Positions 35,779-48,800 of a DNA stretch of 64,000 nucleotides are shown piece by piece (the stretch's first letter is position 1; the number at the start of each line of letters is the position of its first letter). Both the position numbers and the translations under genes were made by a program. The stretch spans positions 13,950,001 to 14,014,000 of the forward strand of contig JBHGNT010000003.1 in NCBI GenBank assembly GCA_043228905.1, written 5' to 3'. Below the pieces are notes generated by a model, which saw only the letters and a list, made by a program, of their open reading frames with translations, was not told where the DNA came from and searched no databases. The stretch comes from Azolla caroliniana (taxonomy: Eukaryota > Plantae > Polypodiophyta).

Positions 35779-38700
35779 TGTTAAGGATTAGGTAATTAAT
35801 TAAGGAATAATTATTTCCTAATTATGTGATTAAGTTAAGCGATTACGTAGCGGAAGATTAAGTGATAAGTGTGTGTATGTGTGCGTGAGAGGAAGAGAGA
35901 GAGAAGTACACTTATGAACTCAAAACAAGATGGGGGATGATAAAGTATATTAAAAGGTAAATATCATCAACTATCATCAAAATACAAAAATACCTTCAAT
36001 GAGGTATATATAGGTTTCATGTGCAAGGGTGCACATGTGCTAGGAGAATATAGGTACAACGTGTAAGTCCTATATTAAATGAGCATGAGGTGGTGAATCT
36101 ACAATGTATCCCACTCAAGTACAAAATCCTATTTAAGGCTTTATGGTCAACACACTAACAAGATTCTATCTAGGTAACTACTAAGTTGCATGTGTTGACT
36201 AACTAACTAAACTAAGTTGAGCTTGATCTCTCAACACCCCCCTCAAGCTCAAGTGTGAGGCGTCCGGCTTCCGATGTCGGCTTCTGTGCAGCTTCCGTCC
36301 GGCCTTCGGCTTTCCTCGCCGTGGCAATCTCAGTTCCTCCCCCTCAAGCCGATGACGAAGGCTTGTAGTGTGTGGGTGAAGGTCGAGTACTTCCACCCAT
36401 CATGGGTGACGAGCCGCTTTGGTGGAGCTCTTGGGCTCTTGTTCGGCTGCTACCTTCATCGTGAAGGCGTAATGATGGGCCATATACTCGTTGTAGCCGA
36501 GCCGAGTGACGGGATTCTTCTCTCTAGAAGAGCGTCGAAGTTTTTCGCTCGCCGATGTGAGCGCCTTCTTTACTCCGGGTGTACGCATGATGGGTACACC
36601 AAATTCACTGTCTACTGAGGGAGCCGATCCATCCGAATCATTGTCGTCGGGGTGGTCAACTTCGTATCCGGGCATCTTACCTTTGCCTTTGTCCAAGTTC
36701 ATACTTGGTCGCGACGTGCTTGGGTCGTGTGGGGGCTCTTGTGGCCCACTAGGCTTTGTCGTAATCGGACTTTCTTCGTTCATATGCGTGAGTTGATCTT
36801 CGGCTTCTACCTCTTGTTCAGCGTAATCCACATCGAGTGTAGTCCGAGTCGAAGAGGTGTCTGGTGCGTACCATGATGCGTACTCGTCGAAGACTATGTC
36901 TCGACCTACGCAAACTTCTCGCGTCGACGGTTTGTAGCACTTGTACGCCTTCTTCTCGGACACGTATCCTACGAGGATACATTTCTCTGACTTCGCGTCG
37001 GGCTTCAGTCGTTGTTTGTTCAGGATGCATACATTCGCAATGCTTCCGAACACTCTGAGATGCGACAGGATCGGCTTCCTTCCGATGAGGAGCTCGTAGG
37101 GAGTTAGCTCATGGACTCCATTGGTGGTGCACCAGTTCATGAGATAGACGGTTGTGGATGCCGCTTCGGCCCAATAGAAATTCGGCATGTGCTTCTCATG
37201 CATCATGGCGCGTGCTACCTCAAGTATTTGCCGATTCTTCCTTTCGGCGACTCCATTTTGTTGGGGTGTGTGTCGGCATGAGAATTCTCTACGAATGCCT
37301 CCACTTTGGAGGTAGGAGATGAATTCTTCGGAGAAGTACTCCTTGCCTCCATCCGATCGTAGGCATCGAATGTGCCGACCGGTTTCTTTTTCGACTTGCC
37401 CCTTGAGCTTTTGGAAGTGGGAGAACACTTCGCTCTTCTTCTTCATCGGGTAGATCCACGCGTATTGCGAGTAGTCGTCGATGAAGGTGACGTAGAATCG
37501 GCATCCGCCGATCGTCGGCGTTTGAGCTGGTACCCATACATCCGAGTGTATGACGTCGAGGAGGCCTTTGCTTGCAGAGCTCTCCTTCGGGAATGGGAGT
37601 CGATGTTGTTTGCCGAGTTAACACGCTTCGCATACTCGGTCGACTCGTTTCGACTCGAATGTCGGAAGTCCGATGATGACTCCCTTGGTTTGCATCGCTC
37701 GAAGCCGTTGGAGGTTTATGTAGTCGATTCTCTTGTGCCACAACTCGATGCTTGTCTCGGTTTTGAGACCTTTACCGTACATTGTTGATTTCACCTCGTT
37801 CGAATCGAGGATGAACATTCGGCCTTCTCTCCACCCCTTAGCTACGACTCGACCATCTTTCTCGATGAAGCATCCTTCTTTGTTGAAGCGGACTTGCATG
37901 CCTTGCTCCACGATATGGAGAACCAAAACCAAATTCTTTGTTATTGTGGGCACGTGCAAGACATTCTTGATGCAAGTTTGGAAGCTCCCCCTTCTTGGAA
38001 GCTCCCCCTTCTTTCAAAGGTTCCTCAATGGCTTCCTCTTCTACCGCCACAACCTCTTCCTCAACCACCGTCTGAATTCGAGAAGAACATTTGTCCTTAT
38101 GGTGCCTTGCTTTTGGTTCGGACGTGGTTTTCTTCGACCAATAACATTGATTGGAGGTCGAAGAATGAAGGAGGGTTTTCTCTCGCCAAGATTTCCGTTC
38201 GTAGTGGATCAAATCGTTGTGTGAGGCCGCCCAAGCATACTTGAACCATCTCGTCTTCGTCGACGTTTATGTTGATGGAGCCAAGTGAGTCACAAATGCT
38301 CTTGATTTTGGTTGTGTAGTCTGACACGGACATGTCTTTTTGCCGAATGTTATTCAACTCTTGCCGGAGTTAAAGTTTGCGGGCGGTCGTGTTGGCGGCG
38401 AACATTTCCTTTAAGTTCTCCCACGCCTCTTTAGGCGTCTTGGCATCTCGAATGTGGCTAAGCATATGGTCGTGGACACATGTTGCCAAGCAATACATTA
38501 CCCGACTCGCTCCTTGCTCCCACGTTGGGTAGTTGGCGTTTGTGTTATCGGGCTTTTTCTTGAGTGCATCGTTGATGTAGATCCAATACCCTTGGCCAAC
38601 GAGGTATTGGGTCATCTTGTACTCCCAAGATGAATAATTGCTCCGGTCTAGCTTTTCGCTAGGGAGCGAGTTACCCATTTGTGTGTTCATGTTGTTTTGT

Positions 38701-39321
38701 GTCTTCCATGTTGGCTCTTCTTTCTTCGATCACGTACTTGTGCTATGTAGCGGCACTACGGTAACGGATGGCCGGAATTTGTCGTCAGCGTTTTGAACAC
38801 ACAATCACGAAGTCGGGTGGGCTTAGTGGATTTTCTAAACCGCATGCTCTGATACCATGTTAAGGATTAGGTAATTAATTAAGGAATAATTATTACCTAA
38901 TTATGTGATTAAGTTAAGCGATTGCGTAGTAGAAGATTAAGTGATAAGTGCGTGTATGTGTGCGTGAGAGGAAGCGAGAGAGAGAGAGAAGTACACTTAT
39001 GAACTCAAAACAAGATGGGGGATGATAAAGTATATTAAAAGGTAAATATCATCAACTATCATCAAAATACAAAAATACCTTCAATGAGGTATATATAGGT
39101 TTCATGTGCAAGGGTGCACATGTGCTAGGAGAATATAGGTACAACGTGTAAGTCCTATATTAAATGAGCATGGAGTGGTGGATCTACAATATATCCCACT
39201 CAAGTACAAAATCCTATTTAAGGCTTTATGGTCAACACACTAACAAGATTCTATCTAGGTAACTACTAAGTTACATGTGTTGACTAACTAACTAAACTAA
39301 GTTGAGCTTGATCTCTCAACA
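35779..39321 (-). mobile_element. Internally deleted Copia C3 (gag plus integrase only)
   Basis: LTRs 35779-36236 and 38858-39321; TSD AAGCT/AAGTT; iMet PBS 38846-38857; gag 38690-38040; INT 37959-36400; PR core and RT/RH missing. Confidence 0.92.
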
Positions 39322-39556
39322 AAGTTATATATTGTAATACAAAAAATATTTTTTCCATTTATTATTTCACTTAGGACATCCATGTATATTCTAGATTTCT
39401 CTAAAACATTCTAAAAATGTCAAGAGTACTCCTAAGCATACTGTAAAAAGAGGCACATGGCATTATTGAGAACCAATTCGGTTCAATGCCAGTGTTAAGC
39501 CTTCTAGTTATTCTTGTATATTCTCTTCATATAATATAATATATCATTTGTTATCA

Positions 39557-39560
<4 letters not shown>

Positions 39561-39628
<68 letters not shown>
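39561..39628. repeat. (TC)n microsatellite in the LTR of B
   Basis: About 34 dinucleotide units. Confidence 0.97.
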
Positions 39629-39629
<1 letters not shown>

Positions 39630-42039
39630 AATTCTACACCCTTTTTTCCTCTTAGTACTAATCCTCATCTCTAGTACTAATTCCCTCTCTGTCTTAGTAC
39701 CATTCCTAACCGTTTGAACCGAATGCTTCGTTCTCATCTTCGTACCCCTCATTCCCTTCATACAAATCTTCTTATCCTTCCTTCCTCCAATACTATGGCA
39801 ATTGTTAGCGTTCAAGAATACCAATTTGTCCTCTCGGAGTTGTAGTGCTTGAAAGAAAAGTTTGTAGCAGTAGGTAGAACAGGAAAATCAACGGTTGTTG
39901 GGGGATCTTCAACAAATCTCTCTAGAGAAGCAGCAAACGCAACAACACAGAGAGTTGGCGTTACGTGTATAACAGCTTGAGGCAACCATTGTGTCCTTAC
40001 AACAACAAGGACCAAGTACTCAAGGAATTCATAAAGAACGCAAGATCGGTCTTCCTACAAAATTCGACGGAATGCGATCACAATTCAGAGGATTCCTTAA
40101 TCAAGTACATCTTGTAGTTCAAATGCATTCTTCCCAAAATTCCCCCAATGGATCACGAGTGGGATTAGTAGGCACGTTGCTTAGTGGCCCATCTTTTGCA
40201 TGGTTCGCACCTTTATTAGAACAAAGATCTCCATTGTTAAATAATTTTGAGGAATTTATTAGCAAGTTTAAAGACGGTTTTGGGGACACCAATAGCGCTA
40301 GGACGGCAATCAATAAAATCTGAAGATTGCATCAAGGTGATCGTCCAACCTCAGCCTATGTTGCGGATTTCCATCTACTCGCCGTCGATATTCCCTAGGT
40401 TGATCTAGCATTGATAGAGCAGTTTCGATATGGCCTTTGAAATGATGTCAAAGATTTACTCCTGACTTTTCCCAAAGAACCAAAGTCGCTCACAGAGGCA
40501 ATTAGTTGAACGGTGCGTTGCAATAACAAACTTTTCAAACGACGTTCGGAACGTCAATTACAAATGCCAAGAACAAGGTCAGAGCCCACATATGCCTCAG
40601 TTGTAGCGAAACCATTTGCAAGGGAGTCATATAATGTGTTCCAACAAATACTCCAACCGCGATGGAAATCGACATTACATGTCGTCGCAGACCATTATCG
40701 GAAAAGGAAAAGCAGCGACGTCGAGCAAATGGACTATATCTTTATTGCGGTGGACCAGGGCATATTGCAGACTATCCCCATACGCCAAGAAGACATGTAA
40801 ATCAAATAGACGCTAGTACTAATAGTATTAAGTTTGAATCTATTTCATTAGGAGTGTCTGATAGTTCTAATAGCCCAAGCCTATCAAACAAATTTGAAGT
40901 CCTTAGTCAACTGGAAGAAGCGTTAAACGACTAAGTCCAACCAAAATAGGAGTCGTTTAGTTGGACAACCCTAGATCTGTGCAACCCATTAGTCATTCCA
41001 TTCCCACTAAGCAAATTCACAATGTCTTCCTAGCTCAAGTAACAATTAGTACTAAAAGTACTCCTCCAATACATGTCTTGGCACTCCTAGATTGCGGAGC
41101 TAATTCTTGCTTCATTTATAAGAATTTTTCCCAAGCTCATCAGATATCCGAAATCCATGGTTCGAGTTAAACAATCCGAACATAGATTGGAAAACAAGAG
41201 AAATTCAGTATCAACAACCCCAAGAATCTACTCATAAGGTTTCAACCATTTCGCTACATTAACTACATGAGGAAAGAACAAGGAATCAATGTTTGTATTC
41301 ACATTATCTATGAAACCTTCTAGCACCACTAAAAAGGAATCCATAGACCATAGTTCAACTTCTAGAGAAGTATTATCATTATGCTGACATGTTTAATAAG
41401 ATACAAGCCAGTACTCTTCCTCACCATCGATAGTATGATTGTCCATTGATTTACAACCAGGGAAAGATACACCGTGGGGACCGATCTACAACTTGTCACC
41501 AACCGAGCTAGAAGTCCTTCGAGCCTACATAGAGGAGAATTTGGAAAACGGGTTCATTTGACATTCGAAATCTCCAGCCAATGCACCCATTTTCTTTGTG
41601 TCTATTTCTGAATCCTTTGGTACCTCTTGAGGTGGGCGGCTATCTTCGGGGTGTTCGAGCTCGGAACTACTATCGTTGGTCAATATTGGATCAAGAAGCA
41701 CTACTGGTTGGGCTTCTGATTTCGAGAGAGGTAGCTCAATGAGTGCAAATTTGGTAACACTCTCTTCTTGTTCTGCACGTCGGGATTCTTTTCAAGTGCA
41801 TAGTCCCTTGGGGCACACGTTTATTGAGACTGGATCTTCCTCCTTTGCTTCTTCTTTGGCAGCATTGCATACATGCATTATTACAATGAGAAGCGAAGGA
41901 ATGCTAGAGACAAGCGAGTACATGGCACTTCATTATCCATTCATGATGGACACTCGACCAAGAACCCGAAACTTACTTAGAAGTTACCTATTACGGGCAT
42001 GACCATAATTTATCACGTGGTAAGTTGTACCGTAGTATT

Positions 42040-42180
42040 CTATACAAGAGGACATGACCATAATTTTATCCAAGATCCCCAATGATACTCGGGATTTAGT
42101 TCCAACCTCAAAAACCAACAAAAAGCCAATTGGTTATAATTGGGTGTTCAAGTACAGCACAACATTCATGGACAGTGACA
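42040..42180 (+). pseudogene. Short Copia RT remnant
   Basis: DLVPTSKTNKKPIGYNWVFK. Confidence 0.6.
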
Positions 42181-42183
42181 TTG

Positions 42184-42234
<51 letters not shown>

Positions 42235-42856
42235 AGATCAACCTCATTGTTTTGATCCCACCTTTTATTTAAATGTGTGGGTCAACTATATAGAGGTCAA
42301 TCCTACTAAGTAAATAATGAGAATTAAGCATAATTCATTTAAACAAACAAACAAAAAAGAGTGTTGGCACCCAATAAGCCACATCCAACGTTGAAAAGCA
42401 TATATCGTCATCTCTTTCTTTCTTTGTCACACAAGAGTGGGGTGGATGTCTCAAATGTTATGAGTGCACCCCTCAAAGACTTCCTAAACTTTGTCTACCT
42501 AACTAAATGGAGGGAAGACAGAAAATGCCCAAAAGACCCCACCCCACCCCTCTCAACTAGTAACAAACAAACATGAATGATGTTGGCGTGGGTACCCCTC
42601 TCTGCAAAACGAGAAGAATGTTTTCTTTACCAAACCCAACAAAAACATGATTACAAGAGTAGAGTTAAAAGTTGTGTTTGCAAAAGCTAGTTCATTGGTT
42701 GGTTGGTTGGTTAGTAGCCAGCAGGCCATCGTCAAGTTGATGATCAGCCACGGCCAGCCTCCTCCTTCTCCTCTCCTTCCTTCATCAATCTCACAAAGAC
42801 ATGCCATGAGCAGTTTTTCTTCTTCTTCTTCTTCTTCTTCTTCTTCTTCTTCTTCC

Positions 42857-45800
42857 CTACTCAGAGGATTCATCGTCGTCTTCTGCTGCGAAATCAGACT
42901 CCTCCTGGACATCGCTGCCCTCGTCCTCGTCCTCCTTATCCTCATTCTCATGCTTGTCGTCGTCGTCATCGTCACTGATAACGTAATGGACAGCCGTGCG
43001 ATTGGCTCGTTTCGGGCGGCTCACAGCAGTAGCATTATTAGCATTCCCAGATTCATTGACCTCCATTTCCTGCTGCTGCTCATCTGCAATCCTCCGGGAG
43101 AGTACAGAGCCACTCTTCTTGCTGAATGGGGAGGGACGCATACGCCTCACCTTCTGAGCATGAATGGGGAGGGGCGATTCTTCTTGGATCTCCAAAGCAG
43201 AAACAGCCGGCGCCAGCACCTCATCAATGAGCTTCTGTCCTTTGGACTTGGCATTGGCAGCCTCGTTACCACCACCCCTCCTCTTCCTTGCCGCCTTCCT
43301 GCCATCCTCAACTTTTGTACCTCTTGTTCTGCTGCTGCTTCCTTTCTTCTTCGCCCCATCAGCTGCTGCTCTACCTCCTGCTTTCTTGGCTTGTGCCGGC
43401 TTCCCAGTGTCCCAGTCAGAGCTGCCTTCCTCCTCACTCTTACTCTCACTCTCACTCTCACTCTCACTCTCTATCACCAGCCTTTTGGACATTCCCCTAC
43501 TTGATCCAGCCTTGGGCTTAAATTCTATGCTTTCTTGCTCATCCATCACTTCGTCCAGACCAGAGATTGCTTCCGCTGAAGCTGCTGATGTTGTCTTCTC
43601 AGCAGCTTTGGTGTGTGCTGGCACTGAAACTAGTCATCAACACCAATAATAAATCAGAGGAAGAAGAGACAGTCAGTGTCTTACTAAATATAAAAAGCAT
43701 GCTTAGACGCAAGCAAAGCCAATGGTAGTGCATTCCATCCTATTCACACAAACCTAGACATGAAATTACTGCCAGGAAGTCATGCCAAATCTATACAAAC
43801 TGTCATGAACAATAACTAAACATGATCACAACGTGACATATTATTATACTAAGACAGGTGGAAAGCATACTACTACTGCTGCTGCTGCTGCTGCTACTGC
43901 TACTACGCACTCTGTTCTTTCCCCCACATTACGTATTCATGTTTCAAAAACAAAAATAGATGGCCATATATTCTAATAACATACGATGATGCAGGATAAA
44001 CAATTGTCGTTACCTCCATTATTATACGCTGCCAAGCGCTGACGCAGGCTCAAGCCAAGACCTTCTTCATCATCGCTTTCAACAGACTGCAAGACAAACA
44101 ACAGAGAAGTCAAGGCAGGGTAAAAAGCAGAAGAACGTCTATCTAAACACCGTAACCGTTACCATGCATTTACTCCCATTTATAAATAAAACTCACCACG
44201 GGAGGAGCTACAGGTGGTGGTGGGTTGGAAGCAGCTTGTGCTTTCTTGGATGCGGGAGCAGCTCTCGACTGTCCAGAGGGTTTTGCTGCGCAGCACAATT
44301 AATTGAACTCACACTTTTAGCTTAATGATGATAATAATAATACTAATAGCGATTTGTAACGTTTCAATTGATAATAACAGATTTTCCCACCAGCATGAGC
44401 GGTTGTGGTTGCAGCCGCTTTCTTAGCAGGAGCCCGCTTTGTTGGCGGCCTCCCGCCTTCTTTGGACATATGCTTCATCTCATATTCCTCCTCCTTGGCT
44501 TCCTCCAATTCTTGAGCCTGTTTTACATAAACCCCAATGTTAGACAGATAGAAGATGAAGAAACTCATGTTTGACACCAGGTTTGTTTCTGGTGGAGCTT
44601 TTTAACAGAAGAAGAAGCAGGCATAGGCATACATCTAATTGCTGAAGGAAAGCGTCAAGGTCCTTCTTCCACAGTGACTTGGGGGTAGCTCGTCTCATCT
44701 CTTCCACATCACCCTCCAACTTATCCCGTTCGTTGCACAGGCTTTGCACTTTCTCCAAAGTTAAGCTGGCTATGGCCATGGACAGTAGGTACTCATAGTC
44801 CGCCGCTGCTATCACGCCTTTCCCTGCGTCATCTGCGTCATCCCCTTCCTCTGCGTCAGCATTTTCCGTCCCAGCCACTACGGGTTCCGAAGACTTTGAC
44901 TTCTTTGGGAAAGGGGTGAATCCCTTGAGCTTCAACTCCGCCAGAAGTTCTGCTCGTTTCCTATTGTTCACAATTATCTCACCTTCAACCACACCAAGCA
45001 CAAACCGCACCCTGTTATCCAGCTTAAGAAGCTCCAGCTGCAGGTTCTCCAGCAAGATTTTCTTTCGTTTCACATACAACTCAAGACGGATGGAATAAAA
45101 CGCCTCCAGGACTATGCTTTCGTCAAGGAGCACAGCTAATTAATATAGAACAGAAAATTCGAATGAACAAAAGGATACTTTGCTCTGGAGTTTCATATTT
45201 TTGGATGACGCCACGAGCATCAAACAGATGCATGTTGCTCGTGCTTATCGATGTCGTTAACTTGAACTTCTTGGGGATACCCTCCGCAATCGCAATAGCC
45301 ATGTTGCTCTCAGTTAGCTGCACTTCGAAGTTGACTTGCGTGTCCGTGTTGTGTTCGCGATAGTCCTGCAATGTTGCAATGCAAACGTTTGGATCTTCGC
45401 TGCTTTCCTAGTGACATTATGGGATAAAAAAAAAACAGAATGGCACCTTAATGAATGGTTCTTTGGTCTTATCTGTGGGGGCCATCATTCCTTCAAGGAA
45501 TTCCTTATAATCCTGAGTCCATCTCCGAACAGGAAGCTCGGTGATCCTTATTGTAGTGTCATCAACTAGTTCGTACACACCAGTAAGTGTATAAGTTCTC
45601 CCTGACTCTTTGGTAACAGTGTGCTCGATCGTCCCCTAGAAAATTTCACAAACAAAGAACCGTCCACTCACATGTTGGTTGCCCACCCCCAACCCCCGAA
45701 AAAAACAAAAAACAGAATGCAAAAAGAAACCGCCCAAAGATACCTGGAATCGTTTGTACCATGGATCCATTGGTTCCACAGGCTCTCCATCAAGAAGCCG

Positions 45801-48800
45801 ATGAATATTGGACACAATGTCTCTCGGGTTATAGTTTGGAACGAACGTGCTCCATCCAGTGCCAATTCCTTCACTCCCATTCACAAGCACCAGAGGTATA
45901 ATGGGACAGTACCTGGAAATAGTTGGATATGTCAAAACCTTGAATAACAGAATCATCATATAGATTGAATTTAGTACACTTACCAGATGGGCTCAATAGA
46001 TTGACCATCTTCTTTAAGATAATCCAGGAGAATGTCATCCTCTTTGGGGAAGAGGAAACGTGTGATTGGAGAGAGGCACGTAAAAATATATCGACCACTT
46101 GCATGATCTTTACCACCCTGAGTAGAAAATCAACAGTCAAATTTTGAATTTGGCAGAAACAAATGGGAAGCCTATCTTTTCGAGTGGGAATGTTACCTGA
46201 CTTCTCGTTCCAAACTGACCAAGAGGGGCTAGCAAATTGATATTATTGCTACCAACATAATTCTGTGCCATTCCTATGATGGTGCTTACAAGACTCTGTT
46301 CACCATGGTGGTAGGCAGAATGCTCTGAAACATAACCTGAAAATTGTGCTACCTATGGAAACAGACACCACTCAACTATTGGCAACCAACAAGATACAAA
46401 ATGATGTAAAAATAATTAATGGCAGTATACCTTCGCCTGAGTAACGAAATTGCGCTTGAAAGAACAGAAAAGGATCTTCCGCTGTCCTGGCTTTAATCCA
46501 TCCACCATTGATGGAATGGACCTCGATAGATCAGCCATGGAGAACAGGATCAACTCCTTATTAACAAAGTCACTATATTTGATGACCTTAACTGATTGAT
46601 CAAGGTAAGTTCCAGGCTACATGAAAATATTCCCTCCGTTAGCTACCTTACAACAACAGAGTTAACCGATAAGACAACCACCTCTTACTTCAAAGTTGCG
46701 CAGCCAGCTCTTGCGAGCATCAATCTTTTTCTTGCTGAATGCCATTTCAATGGACTCCCCATCTTCCTCTGTCTCCCATGCGAATTTCTTCCTGTTTTTA
46801 TCCAGATCTCTGAAGTATTCTTTACCTTCTTTGGCAGTACTGGTACCCAGACCCTATGACGTGGGAAAGGTGAAGAGTGGTAAGCAATTAATTAGGCGAA
46901 TCAACCAACGGAAGGCCCCACCCTCTCATGTATATGTTTAAGCAAACCTTATAGTACTTGATACTCCAGCCTGATGTTCTCCCATCCAGGGATTCTTTCC
47001 ATGTCTCATATTCTGGCATTGTATAGAAGGATAGAACCTTTCCATTTTTATGTGTAGCCTGAACCAATAATCAACGTTTAATACGATAGAACAGACCATT
47101 GTTTCAGTCTAAAAGAGCGGCTTTGAAACAGACCTTCACAATAGGTGTGATGAACTCCACAAGAAAATCTGGAACTTTCAAGAGGGATGGCCAGAAGGAA
47201 TGGATGAAGTTGATGAGCAAGCCTTTGATGTGAGAACCATCATGATCCTGCACTTATTCTTGATTAGAGAGCCAAGTAGACAGACACACATAAGTCAGCT
47301 CGCAATATTTTAATTTGAGGCCACACCTGATCTGTCATTATCATCAAATGACCATATCGAAGAGACTTAACACTGGTGTACTCTTTCCCATGCTGCAGCC
47401 CTAGAATCTGTTTGATGTAATTTATTTCCATGTTTTCCATGATTTGCTTGTGACTGGCCTCCCTAACATTCAACAGCTTTCCTCGAAGTGGGAATACGCC
47501 ATATCGGTTACGTCCAACTACGCTGATACCACTCATCTGCACAAACCAGAAACAACACAATCGATGAATAAACAAATCAATGTGAATCACCGATGTATCC
47601 CCAGAATGGAAGGTAAACAAAGCAGCGTACCGCAAGCGCTTTTGCTGAATCTCCTTCGGTCAATATCAAGGTACAGTCATCCGAGTATCTGCCACCAGCA
47701 TCATTCGCATCGTCGAGCTTAGTGATGCCTGTAAGCCTTTGTCTCTTTGCACCGTCGTTTTTCTTTAGCTCTTTGCTTTGCTTGAAGTCAGCCCAGGTCA
47801 AAACATTCTCAACTACACCACATTTGGCAACTGTTCACGAGCACCCAATGATTAAGAAGCCCTGAAAAATCTCTAGTGCTGCCATTATAAGTGAATCAGA
47901 TGCAGTGCACAGAAATTTCTACTTACATTTCTTCATGAAATCTGGCGAGAGTTCACACTTTGAGCCAAAGCTACTTTGCCTCGTAGTTAACGTTTCTTTT
48001 GTTTGTGAATCGAAGGCCGGATTATCAATAAGAGAGTTCACAAAGACCCACATGTGATTCTTAATTTGGAATGGTTTCACCCCCGCATTCTTGTTCTTCT
48101 TATTCACAATACTCATGACATGATTCACAATCTGATCAGTTACATACTGCACGTGAGTGCCTCCTTTGATTGTGGCAATTGAATTAGCAAAGCTCACCTG
48201 AGGAACGGATTTTAGGTGAGAGATTAGATATGAATAGTATATTTAACCCAAAAATTTAAAGGAGGCTGAATCTTACTTGTTGAAATTGACCATCACTTAG
48301 GCTGACACAGACTTCCCACCGATCATTAACACGCTCATAAATTCTAAGGCCGCAAAGAAAAAACGGATAAAGGTCAGATACCTTGAAAACGGAAGATAGA
48401 TTATACCAGCAAATGTAACCCATGATCTTCAGCTTAATAAAGTCAAACTCTAAAATTGTCTTAGTAGGTCTTCACACCTGGGAAGTGGCTCTTCTCGCTT
48501 CTTATTTACAGTGTCAAGATAGAGGCCAACATAATCCTGAAACGATTTGACCGGCAACCGCTGACCGTTCAGCTCTACCTTGACTGATTTCCCAAGACAA
48601 CCAGCTATATCAAGTACTCGCTTACTCATTAGAGCCACGACGTCATCCTCCAGCTTTTCCATGTGAAACTTGGCAAGGTCTGGCCTGAACGTAACCTTTG
48701 TCCAATTTTCACTGGCCTTGCAAGCTGTAATTATAGGTTCCGACTTCGAGCTCATGTTATCCCTGAAAACCTGTTTTACAAGTCCAATTATATAAGATAG

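Larger units (their letters stand above)
35695..41600 (+). mobile_element. 3'-truncated Tcn1-like chromovirus B (5' LTR split by Copia C3)
   Basis: LTR 35695-~39711; self-priming pair 39476-39486/39714-39724; gag 39991-40934 (LPTKFDG, PMEID, LYLYCGGPGH); PR LLDCGANSCFI; RT start to ~41600. Confidence 0.85.

Noticed and set aside
41600-42040. Possible coding fragment after truncated element B
   Set aside because: No recognisable motif in the frames examined
42647-43649. 285-aa and 161-aa plus-strand ORFs
   Set aside because: Antisense shadows of the low-complexity last exon of TOP2
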